Positions 30,109 to 42,691 of a stretch of DNA of 64,000 nucleotides are shown here, piece after piece. Numbering within the stretch: position 1 is the stretch's first letter; each line of letters begins with the position of its first letter. The DNA is from Eledone cirrhosa. Taxonomy: Eukaryota. The notes under the pieces are model-generated. The model worked only from the letters and a program-made list of their open reading frames with translations. It had not been told where the DNA came from and did no database searches. The position numbers and the translations under genes are program-made. The DNA lies in NCBI GenBank assembly GCA_964016885.1, contig OZ024743.1:38874001-38938000 (forward strand), written 5' to 3'.

Positions 30109-30789
30109 TAAATAAAGTTGTTTAGCAACGAGTGTTAGCTAATCCTTCCCACCCAAATGTTAAATGTTTGTTTGTGTCTATGGCTGTGTGTGAGTCTTTG
30201 TAGGAGGAAACTTATCACCTGGCCAAATGGAATCACAAAATAAATAATTGAAAATAAGTTACAAACTGAACCAATACAACCAGAAGTAAATAACGAAAAC
30301 AGAAATTTGAAACTAAAATATACAAAAACAAGCTAATTCAAAGGTGAAAGACAGTAGACAAGTAGAACCTTGACATAGACAAACCTCTTAATGTATGAGA
30401 TTATAACCAAACAGCACTACGAGGAATACTTTAACACAATTCCCAAGTCATATCAACTTTTAAGATGTGACAAGTGAGGACATTTGAATTAAAGGTACAA
30501 TCTATCTGAAGATGTTCCAAGTCATTTACGTCTATTCAAATTTACTCACATGTCTTGGGGTGAATCAGAGATATAGTAAATACAATCTGAACAAAGCTCT
30601 ACTCTATGGGATCGAACCACGTACATCATGGTTGCGAATGAAATTTAATTTCCTTAACACAAACAGAGAATACACCAATATAATTTTACACTAATTCTAC
30701 CAGAACGTAAAAAACAAAGCACAACCATCCTATAAAGTATCCGTAAAATATATTAAACCTTACTATTTCTTACACGACACGCGACGAAC

Positions 30790-30930
30790 GGGGTGCGTCG
30801 TGAGAACGCCGGATAGAATGATTTCCGCTATACGTTTTGGCTCACTGCTCTCTGAATTCAGATCCTCTCAAGTTCAACTTTGCTTTTTCTCCATTCAGGG
30901 TTAATAAAAAAACTACCAGTTACGTACTAC
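30790..30930 (+). mobile_element. Old degenerate SINE copy
   Basis: TCAACTTTGCTTTTTCTCCATTCAGGGTTAATAAAA..CTACCAG resembles the 1768-family core. Confidence 0.55.
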
Positions 30931-32527
30931 GGTCTTTACTTCCTCTATATCTCTTTCTTACTTATGTCTTCACATTCTCGCCCCTTGACAAGAAGAAATC
31001 TGCAATATTTATAAGGTTTATACGTTACCGTCATGAGTTACCGTCCAAGAAATATTCTATAAACCAGGTATGAAATACATTTTGAAAGGCGTACAGGGAG
31101 CTTTATATATATAACCATTTAATACGACCCTATGTGTATACGTATTCTTACCGTGACAAAAAGATGAGGTTTTATGTTGTCGCACGTTCTTCCATAAATA
31201 GCACCCCAATCTTCCTCAATTCACATCCGAATGTCTTAAAAAGTCACAGTATAATCTAAATCTTGGTACGTGTAAGAGTCGTAATGTTTTTTACAGGAAG
31301 GATTATCATCATAAGTTATGTTTATTCGGTAATGATCCTCAGCAAATCATACATATTAATACAATAGTGTATCGCCATTTCTATTAAACGTAAAGCATTG
31401 ATATTTATACCTTTATTTATTGCTCAATTAGTGGTGTCACACATTACACTGCGTCCCTGCCGTAACATCGTCTTAAAAGGATTAGTCGAGCATACCAACA
31501 CAAGTACTTATTTTATTGGACCTTATTTGTCAAATAACTAAGTTAGCGTACAATATCCTACAGATCGGCAAAAAACGTAAGTACATGCATGTTTCTCTCG
31601 TCTCTCTGTATATAATTGTATATATATGTGGTAGGATTCTACAATTTCCATTTACGAAATTACACGCATACAACATTGCTCGTCACAGAGCTGTAATAAA
31701 ATGGATTTGACTAAGTTGTCACGTACAACGTTCTAACCCAAAACCCCGTCATAACAAAACAATTTCCTAACCACACAGCGATGTCAGCGAGGATGTGGAG
31801 TTTCTCAGTAACATTACACCTGTTATTAATGGCAACATAACTTGCAGATTAATATAAATAGAGAAATGTTTGCAATATTGCAGAAGGTTTTTACACGATA
31901 ATAGGATTAATCATGAATCCCTTTTGAAATAATATTATTTCAGTTTTATGCATCGATCCAGCAGAGAAGCACGAATATTAGAATTCAGTAAACAAATATG
32001 TATGCATTTGTACTTGTCAAATGATTGTTCAAATATAATTCGTTGAAAACCAAAGTCTTCACTGTTGTATTGCTGTAGTACATATTTTAATGTAAATTAA
32101 TGTGTTTGTTTACATATTCAATTTGTTTACGTTTCCTTTGTCACCGTTTTTATTTTGCAAATGGCTAATAATAGTAGTATTCGCTTCACAGAGAACAACA
32201 CTGCTTAAGTAAGTGAATCGGCATGGTGGGGGAATACAAGACAGTGCTTGACCTGATGTTCATCAAATATATCATAAAGAGAGCTGGTTCCATCTGTCAA
32301 TCGAATGATTTTTCTGCTTAACTGTATCTTTTAGCTATATATATTTCCCCGATTCTCTCTATACCTATCACTATGTACATTTTGTTTTGTTTTATTTTTT
32401 CGATTTCTTCTTTTGGGCATTAATCTGCGGTCATGCTTCATTTAGTTGATCATATCGACTCCAGAGCCTTATTTATTGTCCCTCTTATTATATTATATAC
32501 AGATACGGATACACACACACACAAACA

Positions 32528-32583
<56 letters not shown>

Positions 32584-32663
32584 TGTTGTGTAACCATTTC
32601 TATCTAACTCGTCCCATGGACTGAGTGCTGTACCACTACGGATATTACCTTCCAGTGTTCCAC

Positions 32664-32729
<66 letters not shown>

Positions 32730-32753
32730 ATGAATGTGTGTATGTAGGTCTAC

Positions 32754-33351
<598 letters not shown>

Positions 33352-33353
<2 letters not shown>

Positions 33354-33835
33354 TCCAAAATGAATTTAATGTAAATCGAAATCATGGGTGTCATGAGAAA
33401 AAGCATGCGCCAATAAATCCTGAGAATTAAGCTCAAAGATAAATACATCTGGGCATATTATAATAACTAGAGATTGATTAACATATAAAAATACATGAAT
33501 AATCACAGGAGATAATTCAAGCTTGCGTGTAACCGCGCATAGCTAGTTTAGGCAATATTTACCTTTAAAAGTGATTAACATTCCTTGTATATATCCCATT
33601 AAAGAAATATATTTCACCAATTAATCAGATGGTAAGTCACGGAAAGTGGATATTATTGGATTGTCAACAAGGAATTGATAATAAATCCAGCTATTAGAGC
33701 TTACAGGGCGTGATCAAATCTTCAACTATCCGCTACCACGTGTTGCGTCTACACAAGATAGCGGTTTCGTTTCAGTGGCGTGAAAAGGTTTTCGACAACT
33801 AGAAATAGCAGCCAAAATTCTTCTGTTGAGAAGAA
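33352..33835. mobile_element. Single unit of the 15917-16710 repeat family
   Basis: Shared ATGGGTGTCATG..., ATTAAAGAAATATATTTCACCAA and CGACAACTAGAAA.AGCAG. Confidence 0.65.
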
Positions 33836-33892
33836 TGTTATATATATATATATATGGTATATATGGTAGCACAGTGGTCCGGATAACCAAAT

Positions 33893-35065
33893 ATGTGGTT
33901 TCGACTCCCATGTACGTCCTGTAATGAGAGCATATTCAACTCCAATGCAGAGTATTATGACAAGGCCCTAGCAGAATCTGGTTACAGGAGTAGATTGTCA
34001 TATATACATAAGGACTCCCAAACCATGAGTGTGAAACCTACCAACATAATCACAAAGCCTAACCAACTTAGAGGCAAGAATAATAGTACGAACCCTAATG
34101 GCGGTAACCCAGCTAAATGTAAACCACGTAAAGACAATACTAGAATCCCTCACCACAACTCTAAAACAGTAAATGATCACGCCATGAACATAAACCATCC
34201 GGGCTTAAGCAAAACAGACAACGCCACTAACGTTATTAACGGAACCCAACAAAATAGTATGCACAGTAGCGAGACTCACCCCACAGATAAGAAAAATAGA
34301 AGAAGGAAAAACATGTATTTTAACCCACCTTTTAACTCTGAGGTCCTCACTAACCTCCCCAGAGTATTCTTCTCATTATTGGAAAAAAACTTCCCACCAG
34401 GCAATATATATCGCAACATAATTAACACAAACGTAATTAAATTATCCTATTCGACCACACCTAACCTCGCATCACACCTAGCACGCACGAACATTATGAA
34501 AACTGGGGAAGGTTTCGAAGCAATTAAAATGGCAGTTAACCACCAGCAACCGAATACACTGGAAAATGGGCAACATAATAGCATCAATGAACCATCTATT
34601 GATATTGAGGCACCTAGTGATAATGCTAGTAACCAAACTTCGGGAGGTACGCTAACTAATCGAACCCGCAGTTGCAATTGTAGGCGGAGTAGTAATTGTC
34701 CCCTAAGGGGGGATTGCCTCATGAAAAACATCGTATATGCATGTGACGTAACCACACACAACTCTACCAAAATATATATAGGAGCAACGTCCAATACATT
34801 TAAAACTAGATTTAACGCGCATATATACACATTTAGACACGATAGACATAAGAATGCCACCTCACTGGCGATATACATCTCCTTTTTAATAAATAATAGT
34901 ACCCCATACAAACTTTTTTGGAGGAAGCTTACTAGATCCACGCCATACCGACCGCAGAGCGGAAGTTGTGACCTGTGTTTACTGGAATGCCATACCATAA
35001 TACACTCTAAACTGAACCTGCTTAACAGGAAATCGGAAAAATGTTCTCCTCTTGCCATCACATAA
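33893..35065 (+). pseudogene. PLE polyprotein C-terminal part (RT thumb, linker, GIY-YIG)
   Basis: YYDKALAESGY, YFNPPF, IKLSYSTTPNL, CNCRRSSNCPLRGDCL, IVYAC, IYIGATSNTFKTRFNAH, CDLCLLE. The RT core is missing. Confidence 0.85.
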
Positions 35066-35786
35066 TCCTGAGTACCTTCTATTTTAAAGCTAGCACATAG
35101 ACGTAAAATATATCACGCAACCCCCACCTAGACTATAGCCCCACCCCCCTCCCCCAACCCGTAATCCAGATCGATAGGTACCCTAAGGGTGGAACAGTCC
35201 CCTACAAGGTTGGTATTTTTGCGTGTGTTTGTATGTGTGTGTGTGTGTGTATTCTCCTTTTCACTCTCTCACACACACACACACAGACATATGTATGTGT
35301 GTGTGCGTACGTGTGTGCATGCATGCATGCATGTGTGCGTGCATTGTATGCATGTACATTGTATATTGTATATTGTATGCATGCGTATTATATTGTGTGT
35401 ATGTGTATATGTGACATGTATGTGAATATATGTACGTATGCATGTGTGTATGTGTGTATGATGTGTGTATATACGTGTATATGTATGTATACTTTTCTGT
35501 AGAAATCCTCTCTATATGTGGTGTTTGGCATGAATTCCTCCTATAATGCTCTTCTTTGGGAGGAGCACGATATGTAGAGTAACACATATGTATTGTTGAA
35601 GTTGAAACTGAGAACCACCACCCTTCCTGCTGAGGACCAGAACACCATTCTCCGCAATATAAGAGAGAAATGCGCTTGCCGAACTATTGATGACCATAAC
35701 ATCACATTCCAAGGTAATGGCAAAACACAGTGAATGCTATGCACGACCAGAACACCACAACATGCATATCGGAGCAACACATATAA

Positions 35787-36122
35787 TATCAATAGGCGAA
35801 TCAACTGAATTTTTTGAGTTGAGATACATATGGATGTGCGTCTGTGTGTATCGGACACACGTACACATAAAGAAGCTGCTGACCTAAATGTACCTGTCAT
35901 GCCTGTCTGAATTCCTAAGGGAATTTTCGGCCAGTTGCTGTCTTGACCGATTGTAGTATCAGTGGGTGAATCAATTGAGTTTTTTGAGTTGAAATACATA
36001 TAAATGTGTGTCTGTGTGTGTCGGACACACGTACACATAAAGAAGCTGCTGACCTAAATATGCCTGTCATGCCTGTCTGAATTCCTAAGAGAAATTTCGG
36101 TCAGTTGCTGACTTGACCGATT
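35787..36122 (+). repeat. Tandem duplication, 2 x ~170 bp
   Basis: 35787-35952 and 35957-36122 are nearly identical (...TCGGACACACGTACACATAAAGAAGCTGCTGACCTAAAT...). Confidence 0.9.
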
Positions 36123-37325
36123 AACCCCACAATTACTACGTAGCGGTTCTTGCACCTGACTGCTGGACCCGGATGAAACGAAGACGAAGAATTTCCTTGT
36201 GTATCGTTTTGTACCACAGATGCGATCTCACCCTGCCTCGTTAATGTTCTATCGACACCAAAGTTCTACGTTCGGGGCAATAGAATTGAATCCAACCACC
36301 AACAACATAGCTGGATGACCGATAATCACACCAAACCGGAGTACTGTGATCCTGGTGATTTCGAGATATACAACCACTGACACTGTTACGAAGACCAGAA
36401 AACCATACTCCATAATATTGAACCAAGTGATTGATTTGTGCGACCAAAATAACACCACACACATATTGAACTATGAATATTGGATCCTCCGTCAATGTCC
36501 GGGTGAGCAAAAATATATTTCTACCTGCATTGGAATTTATGAACTTGTGCATCTGCTGAGGTGTCAAAAACAAACGGGCATGACCGCACAGATAAACAAT
36601 GGACTACGCCACGTGGCTTGAACCTGTAAGTGAATTGAAGGTTCTGTAACTCTGATACACAGATTATTTATTATTAAGATGTATAAACTTGACATAACTA
36701 TTATCATCTTATATTCTCTCAACTAATCACATTTGATCATATTTCTCTATCCCGTGTTCTCCCCCCATAATTATAATATTTTTATTTTTATTTGAAAAAA
36801 TCGGTTTTTTTACATTGTGTTTTCCCCTCCAAATACTCACTTATATTTCTTTATATATTCTCTATATATTTTTTTACATATATATATTTTTATCTTTTTA
36901 TCTTAATTATATCCACTTTTATCCTCCTTTATATTTTACCTTATTCTTACTTTTATACCTTATTATAGTGTAATCTTCCCCATGCCTTATTATACATTAT
37001 TAATTATAGATTATTATTATTACTCTTTTTCCATTTCTAATTAAGTCATGTACTTTCTCCTCCGTTATATATATAGTGTATGCCCTTTGTGTTTGTGTAG
37101 CCTCTGCACACCCTCTGCACCATACTATCGACGCCACCCCATCTATGGTTCAGCTAACCACTCGACTCCCGGGGATGAATATGACCGCAGCTAGTAAACA
37201 AGGACCCACACACCACCCCCCCGCACCAAAATTAGACTTATCGTCCCCTACTTTTGCTCTTTACTCTCTTTACTCTTTGTTCTTGAATGTTTGGTTGGTA
37301 GAGTCCATAACACCAATCAAAGTCC

Positions 37326-37385
37326 TTTTATAGCTCTGACGAATCCTACGGTCACGTAAGGAAGAAACATTGTAAGCCAATAAAA
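37326..37385 (+). ncRNA. Type I hammerhead ribozyme in the PLE pLTR
   Basis: GCU-CUGACGA(37336)-aUCCUACGgucaCGUaAGGAa-GAAA-CauuG-UA^(37374)-AGC, with an outer UUUUAU/AUAAAA extension of stem I. Confidence 0.85.
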
Positions 37386-37432
37386 ATCTGTTGATGTTGT
37401 AGACGCTCTTGTGTTCTTTATCATATATATAT

Positions 37433-37486
<54 letters not shown>

Positions 37487-37487
<1 letters not shown>

Positions 37488-38420
37488 TGTAGAACTGCCC
37501 ATGAAAGGAATTTGCCCATTATACAGGGGAAGATCATGGAATAGCTTAGATAGGACTAGACATAAGATAGGGAAAGCCACCTCATGGCTCGACATTTGTA
37601 GACGCTACCCCAGGAGGGAAATTAGCTAACCTGTTTAGAAAGAGCCAGAGAAAGACTCACTTAAAGATTAAGGTGGTAGAAAAGCCAGGAACCACCATAA
37701 AATCCCTGATCAGCAAAACCTACCCTTTTAAGAAAACCCACTGTACTAATAGGAAATGTATTATATGTAAAGTAAACCCCCGGATATAATGTAAGAATAG
37801 AAACATAGTCTATAGCATAAGATGTACAGAGGGTACTTGCAGAAACATGACAACAACATACATAGGCGAGACACATCGTAGCATAGGTGAAAGGATAGAT
37901 CAACACTGGGGTAACTAATAGGACGAAAAAACGGTTCAGTACTATACAAAAAGGCCAGACAACAACACGACGGTAACATAGACAACATACACATTAAAAT
38001 AATATCTAAACATAGAAATGACCCAGTACATGAGCAAATCAGAGAGGCCAGCGAAATAGAACTTAGAAGACCAAGGCTAAACAGAAAAAAATGAATAGAA
38101 TAACAACAACACCCAAACAAACAATACTGACCTAAGAGAAGTATAAATAAAAAAAATAAAAAATAAACAAATTAATAAATACATACACAAGCACAATAAC
38201 AACAAACACAATAGTAAACTAAGATAGAAGACAAAAAGCAATACACAATCACCGAAACACTATACACACACGCAAACGCATGCGCAGAGAAGAAGAGAAA
38301 AATAAATAAATAAATAAATAAACGGACTAAATAAAGATGGCGCAGGCATACAATACAACAGGAGGAAACATAATAGCACCATTGACGTGTTTCAAATGCA
38401 CAACGAAAGAACTTTGTTAG
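37487..38420 (+). mobile_element. Decayed PLE 3' fragment of a different lineage (GIY-YIG)
   Basis: PLYRGRSW, CTNRKCIIC, VYSIRC...YIGETHRSIGER in shifting frames, followed by an A-rich tail. Confidence 0.7.
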
Positions 38421-38676
38421 ACTATATATATGTGTTTGTGTCTGTATTATAACAGTATTTTTAACCGTTGGTCAGTCAATGGTAACATTGAGGACCGAAT
38501 ACATTAAATTAACCGATATAAAAGACACAGAAGCGAAATACAGCCAAAAAGCGAGTGTGTTTTGTTATTAATTCTGGCAATATTATTACACAAATATGAC
38601 CCTTCCCAAGTATAACAATATCTGTCTAGACACACGATTTCATATAAAAAACCTCACAAAACTAATCCATCGCCGT

Positions 38677-38752
<76 letters not shown>

Positions 38753-39013
38753 TAAATATATATATATATATGATGGATGCAAATTCTGCCGAGTCCCTCC
38801 GCCCTTTGCCGGGACTTGTATTTCATCCAGCAGGGTGTCCAATTATCACGCTCCTCACTGAGCAAGCATTGTGGTGTGGTCAATTTAGTCGCCGATGATC
38901 CGACCATGACACAGGTTGTACTGTGTTACATGTTACCAGTAGCACTGGAGAGCGGCCCAACGTAATTGGATATATATATATATATATATATGTGTATGTA
39001 GATATACATATAC

Positions 39014-39180
<167 letters not shown>

Positions 39181-39760
39181 TAAACGGAATAGAAAATGCT
39201 GACAAATTGTTCACAGTTGAAAAATGGTTTAATTAGGAATAAAAGAGTATTAGTGATTGTATGGGTTAGTATTCAGTTGTGGTTTTAAGTTTTTAAGTTT
39301 TTACCGGTTGCGCATTTCTAAATGCTTTTCAAAAATAATTTTGAGATAGAGTGTCCGTGCTGTTTGCTCTGATCTGATTAGTTTTGGGAATTCTACCTGT
39401 TTTTATGTTAAAAAAATGGCTCCAGCGTTATTTTTGTGTTGCAAAAATGCTTGTGGTCAAAACAATTTTGATTGGTCGGTAGAGGTCATGTGAATGTAAA
39501 AAGTTGATTTTGCGCCAAGACTGTTTTTATGTTAAAATGTTAGAAAAGTGGCTCCAGCAAAAATTATTGGTCAAAACAATTTTGATTGAGCGGTAGAGGT
39601 CATGTGGATAAAAAATTGGTTTTGCGCCAAGATTGAGAAATGACTCTTTCACAACAAATATGTGTGTGTGTGGGGGGGGGGGGGGGTGTAGTAGTAGTAG
39701 TAAGGCGTTCGATGCTGCGACAATAGCCACCAGCGATGTGTGTCAAATGGCTATTAAGAT

Positions 39761-39794
<34 letters not shown>

Positions 39795-40298
39795 ACATAC
39801 ACACAGCAGAGTCATTCGAAGGTCAAAAGATATTTTTCAGCTTTTGTCTTATACGGAGAAGTGCGCGTGTGTGTGTGTGTGTGTATAAGTCTCTTTGTGT
39901 GTTGATGTACGCGTGTGTATGTGTTTGTGTATATATGTGTGTGTGTGTGTGTGTGCGTGTGTGGGTGGACCAGTATTTTTTTCCCCCCTGGTAAAATGGT
40001 GTACATTATTCGATTTTTTCAGTAAAATCGGTTCTCTTAATAGAACATCAACAATCTTAACAATAAAAGGTGTGAAATGATATTCACTATATATATATAT
40101 ACACACACACACACATATATATTTTCACTACATATATATATATATATATACATATATACATACATATATATGCACATATATTTTTTTGTATTGCACCATA
40201 GAGCATGTGTGTTTACGTGTGTCATTGTGTTTATATGTGGGTAGAGATGTGTGCTGATGTAGGTATGTATGTTGACGTGTGTATGTTGTGGGTTCGTC

Positions 40299-42623
40299 TT
40301 AGGGAGAAGTGTTTAGACGGGGTCCGTATTTGTTAATGAAGTAAGATTCCTTGCTGATGCGCTGGGTGTGGGTGGCATTATCTTTAAATTTGTAGAGGGG
40401 AAAGATTCTGAAGTTGGGATGATTTTGGGCGGCGCAGGTATCAATGTGTTCACTCAGTGGTATTTTCCTGTATTCCCGTATTTTAATTTGGGATCTATGG
40501 ACAGTCATGCGTCGGCGGAGGCTGTTTTTGGTCTGGCCTATGTATTGTTCTCGACAACCTGAACAAGTTAATACATATATTAAATTTTCCGATGCACATG
40601 TGAAATTGTGTTTTACTATAAAACGTTGTCCATCTTTGAAATAGAATTCCGAACCCTCTATTAGGTTGATGCAAATGCCACAGTTGGGTCTATCGCATTT
40701 TTTTACTGTGGGTTTCGTTGTTGTGGTTGGCAGTACTTTGGCATGTGTTAAGATGTTTTTCATTGACTTGGATTGTCTTTTGCTCTTTATGATATCGTGT
40801 GTTCGTAGAATTTGGTTCATTCTATGGTCCTTTTTCAATACAGGGATGTTCTGGAGGATGGTGTCAAAGGCCTCGTTGTTGAGGGGGTTGTGTGTGGAGA
40901 TGTATGGAAGAGCTTTTAGTTTTGGTTGATTTACTTTAGGGTGTCTAAGGTCCTGGGTACTGAGTTTTAGGGCACGTTGGATTCCATTGTCAATTAGTGA
41001 TGCAGGGTAGTCCCTGCCTATGAGTGTGTCCTTTAGTTCTTGTAGCCGTAAGTAGCAGATGTTTTTATTGGAGACTATAGTACAGATTCTCTTGGCTAAG
41101 TTGTAGGGAATATTAATTTTAACGTGTCTAGGGTGGCAAGAGTTGAAGGGGAGGTATTGCTTGGAGTCTGTGGGCTTGTAGTATATGTCTGTTTCTAATT
41201 TTTTGTTATGGATCTTAATGAAGATGTCGAGGAAGGGGAGTTGTTGATGGCTGTATTCCATCGTGAAGTTAATATTTGTGTTGAGCCCATTTATAAGGGT
41301 GTGAAATTCTTTAAGTTTTTCGATGTTTTCGTGCCAAAGGATGAAGCAGTCATCTAGATATCGCTTCCAGTTCCTTTCAATGTGTAAGTGGAGGGTGTTT
41401 CCAAATTTGTTTAGGACTTTAGTGTAGAGGGTGATTTCTAGGTATCCCATGACTAGGTTGGCATACGTAGGGGCTGTTTTCGTTCCCATAGCGGTCCCAG
41501 ATTTCTGCCTGTAGGGTTTGTTATTGAAAACGAAGTAATTGTTCTCCAAGATAAATTTGAGTCCCTCTATCACGAATTCTTTTTTGATGCGTTGTGGGAG
41601 TTCATTGTGGAAGTTATCCAGCCAGAATTGGATAGCTTCTATTCCTAGGTTGTGGGGGATGTTGGAGTATAGGTTGACTACATCGAACGTCACTAGTAGG
41701 GTTTGTTCAGAAAGTGGCATATTAGGGAGGTGATTGAGCATATGTAGGTCGTCACTTATATAGCTTTTGATGTGCTTGAGGAAGGGTTTGAGAAGGGTAT
41801 CAATGAAGTTGCTAAGACGGTGCGTTTCGCAAGCGGGGCCTGCTATTATAGGTCTTAATTTGAGATCATTGGGTGAGGGGACATTGATGACTATGTCTGT
41901 GGCTTCCTTGCATGCCTTACTGATTGATTCGCTTTTATGTACTTTAGGGATACCGTAGAAAGGGCTGGATTTACTTGTGAAGTCTGTGATGAAGCTGAAT
42001 TCCTTGTTAATGAGTCCTTCTTTGTATTGGTTGATTAGAGTTTTTAGGTTTCTCATAATTTTCTGTTGATTGTAGTGTTCAGCCTTTTCGTAGTATGTTT
42101 CGTTTTCCAAAGTGGAGAGCGCTAAGTTGATATAGAATTCTGTCTCCATTAGGACTACTGCACTCCCTTTATCAGCCTCTTTAATTGTAATGGTTCTGTC
42201 GGTTTTTAATCTATTTAATTCTTCCCATTCTTTCTTGTTGAGGTTTGGCTTGTGTTTTTGTCTGTGCAAGTGTTGGTAAGGGAAGTTTGTGATGTGTTCA
42301 CAGAATTCGTCCAGGATTTTATTTCTACCTTTTGAAGGGGTGTAATTGCTTCTATTTCTGGCTAATGATTCATCCTCATTGTACTGGTCGAATAGTTGTT
42401 CACTAAGTCGTAACTTTCTACAGAAGTCTGTGATGTCTTCCTTCATTTCATAGTAGTTAGGACGTAGTGGGGTCGGTGTGAATTTAAGACCTTTGGAGAG
42501 TAAGTTGATAAGGTTGGGTGTTGGTTCTGCACTAGTAAGATTGATAATTTTTATTACTATCGGTTTCTCCTCCCTGTCTTGTGTTATTTTGTTTGCCTGT
42601 ATCTGTGTGCTGTGTCTAAAAAA
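40299..42623 (-). CDS. PLE ORF2: reverse transcriptase plus GIY-YIG endonuclease (frame open from 42653; first ATG at 42446)
   Basis: IINL..LLSKGLKFTP (upstream of the first ATG), ADKGSAVV, YGIPKVHK, RPIIAG, FDVVNLY, GTAMG, RYLDD, PFLD, YKPTD, CDRPNCGIC linker (Neptune-type), LIYVLTCSGCREQYIGQT. Confidence 0.93.
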   Translation of the reverse strand, partial: FFRHSTQIQANKITQDREEKPIVIKIINLTSAEPTPNLINLLSKGLKFTPTPLRPNYYEMKEDITDFCRKLRLSEQLFDQYNEDESLARNRSNYTPSKGRNKILDEFCEHITNFPYQHLHRQKHKPNLNKKEWEELNRLKTDRTITIKEADKGSAVVLMETEFYINLALSTLENETYYEKAEHYNQQKIMRNLKTLINQYKEGLINKEFSFITDFTSKSSPFYGIPKVHKSESISKACKEATDIVINVPSPNDLKLRPIIAGPACETHRLSNFIDTLLKPFLKHIKSYISDDLHMLNHLPNMPLSEQTLLVTFDVVNLYSNIPHNLGIEAIQFWLDNFHNELPQRIKKEFVIEGLKFILENNYFVFNNKPYRQKSGTAMGTKTAPTYANLVMGYLEITLYTKVLNKFGNTLHLHIERNWKRYLDDCFILWHENIEKLKEFHTLINGLNTNINFTMEYSHQQLPFLDIFIKIHNKKLETDIYYKPTDSKQYLPFNSCHPRHVKINIPYNLAKRICTIVSNKNICYLRLQELKDTLIGRDYPASLIDNGIQRALKLSTQDLRHPKVNQPKLKALPYISTHNPLNNEAFDTILQNIPVLKKDHRMNQILRTHDIIKSKRQSKSMKNILTHAKVLPTTTTKPTVKKCDRPNCGICINLIEGSEFYFKDGQRFIVKHNFTCASENLIYVLTCSGCREQYIGQTKNSLRRRMTVHRSQIKIREYRKIPLSEHIDTCAAQNHPNFRIFPLYKFKDNATHTQRISKESYFINKYGPRLNTSP

Positions 42624-42691
42624 TGGTTGGGGTAGAGGGGTTGTCTGCTGATGTTAAGTGGTCTCCTGTGTTTGTTATATTCCTTGTTGTT

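Larger units (their letters stand above)
33865..37425 (+). mobile_element. 5'-truncated Nematis-like PLE with long 3' UTR and terminal HHR
   Basis: ORF 33893-35065 plus the HHR at 37326-37385. Flanked by (TA)n with ATATATATATGGTATATAT on both sides. Confidence 0.8.

Noticed and set aside
38378-38428. Antisense HHR remnant (CTAACAA...GAAACACGTC)
   Set aside because: Two core changes and poor stems. Too degraded to call.
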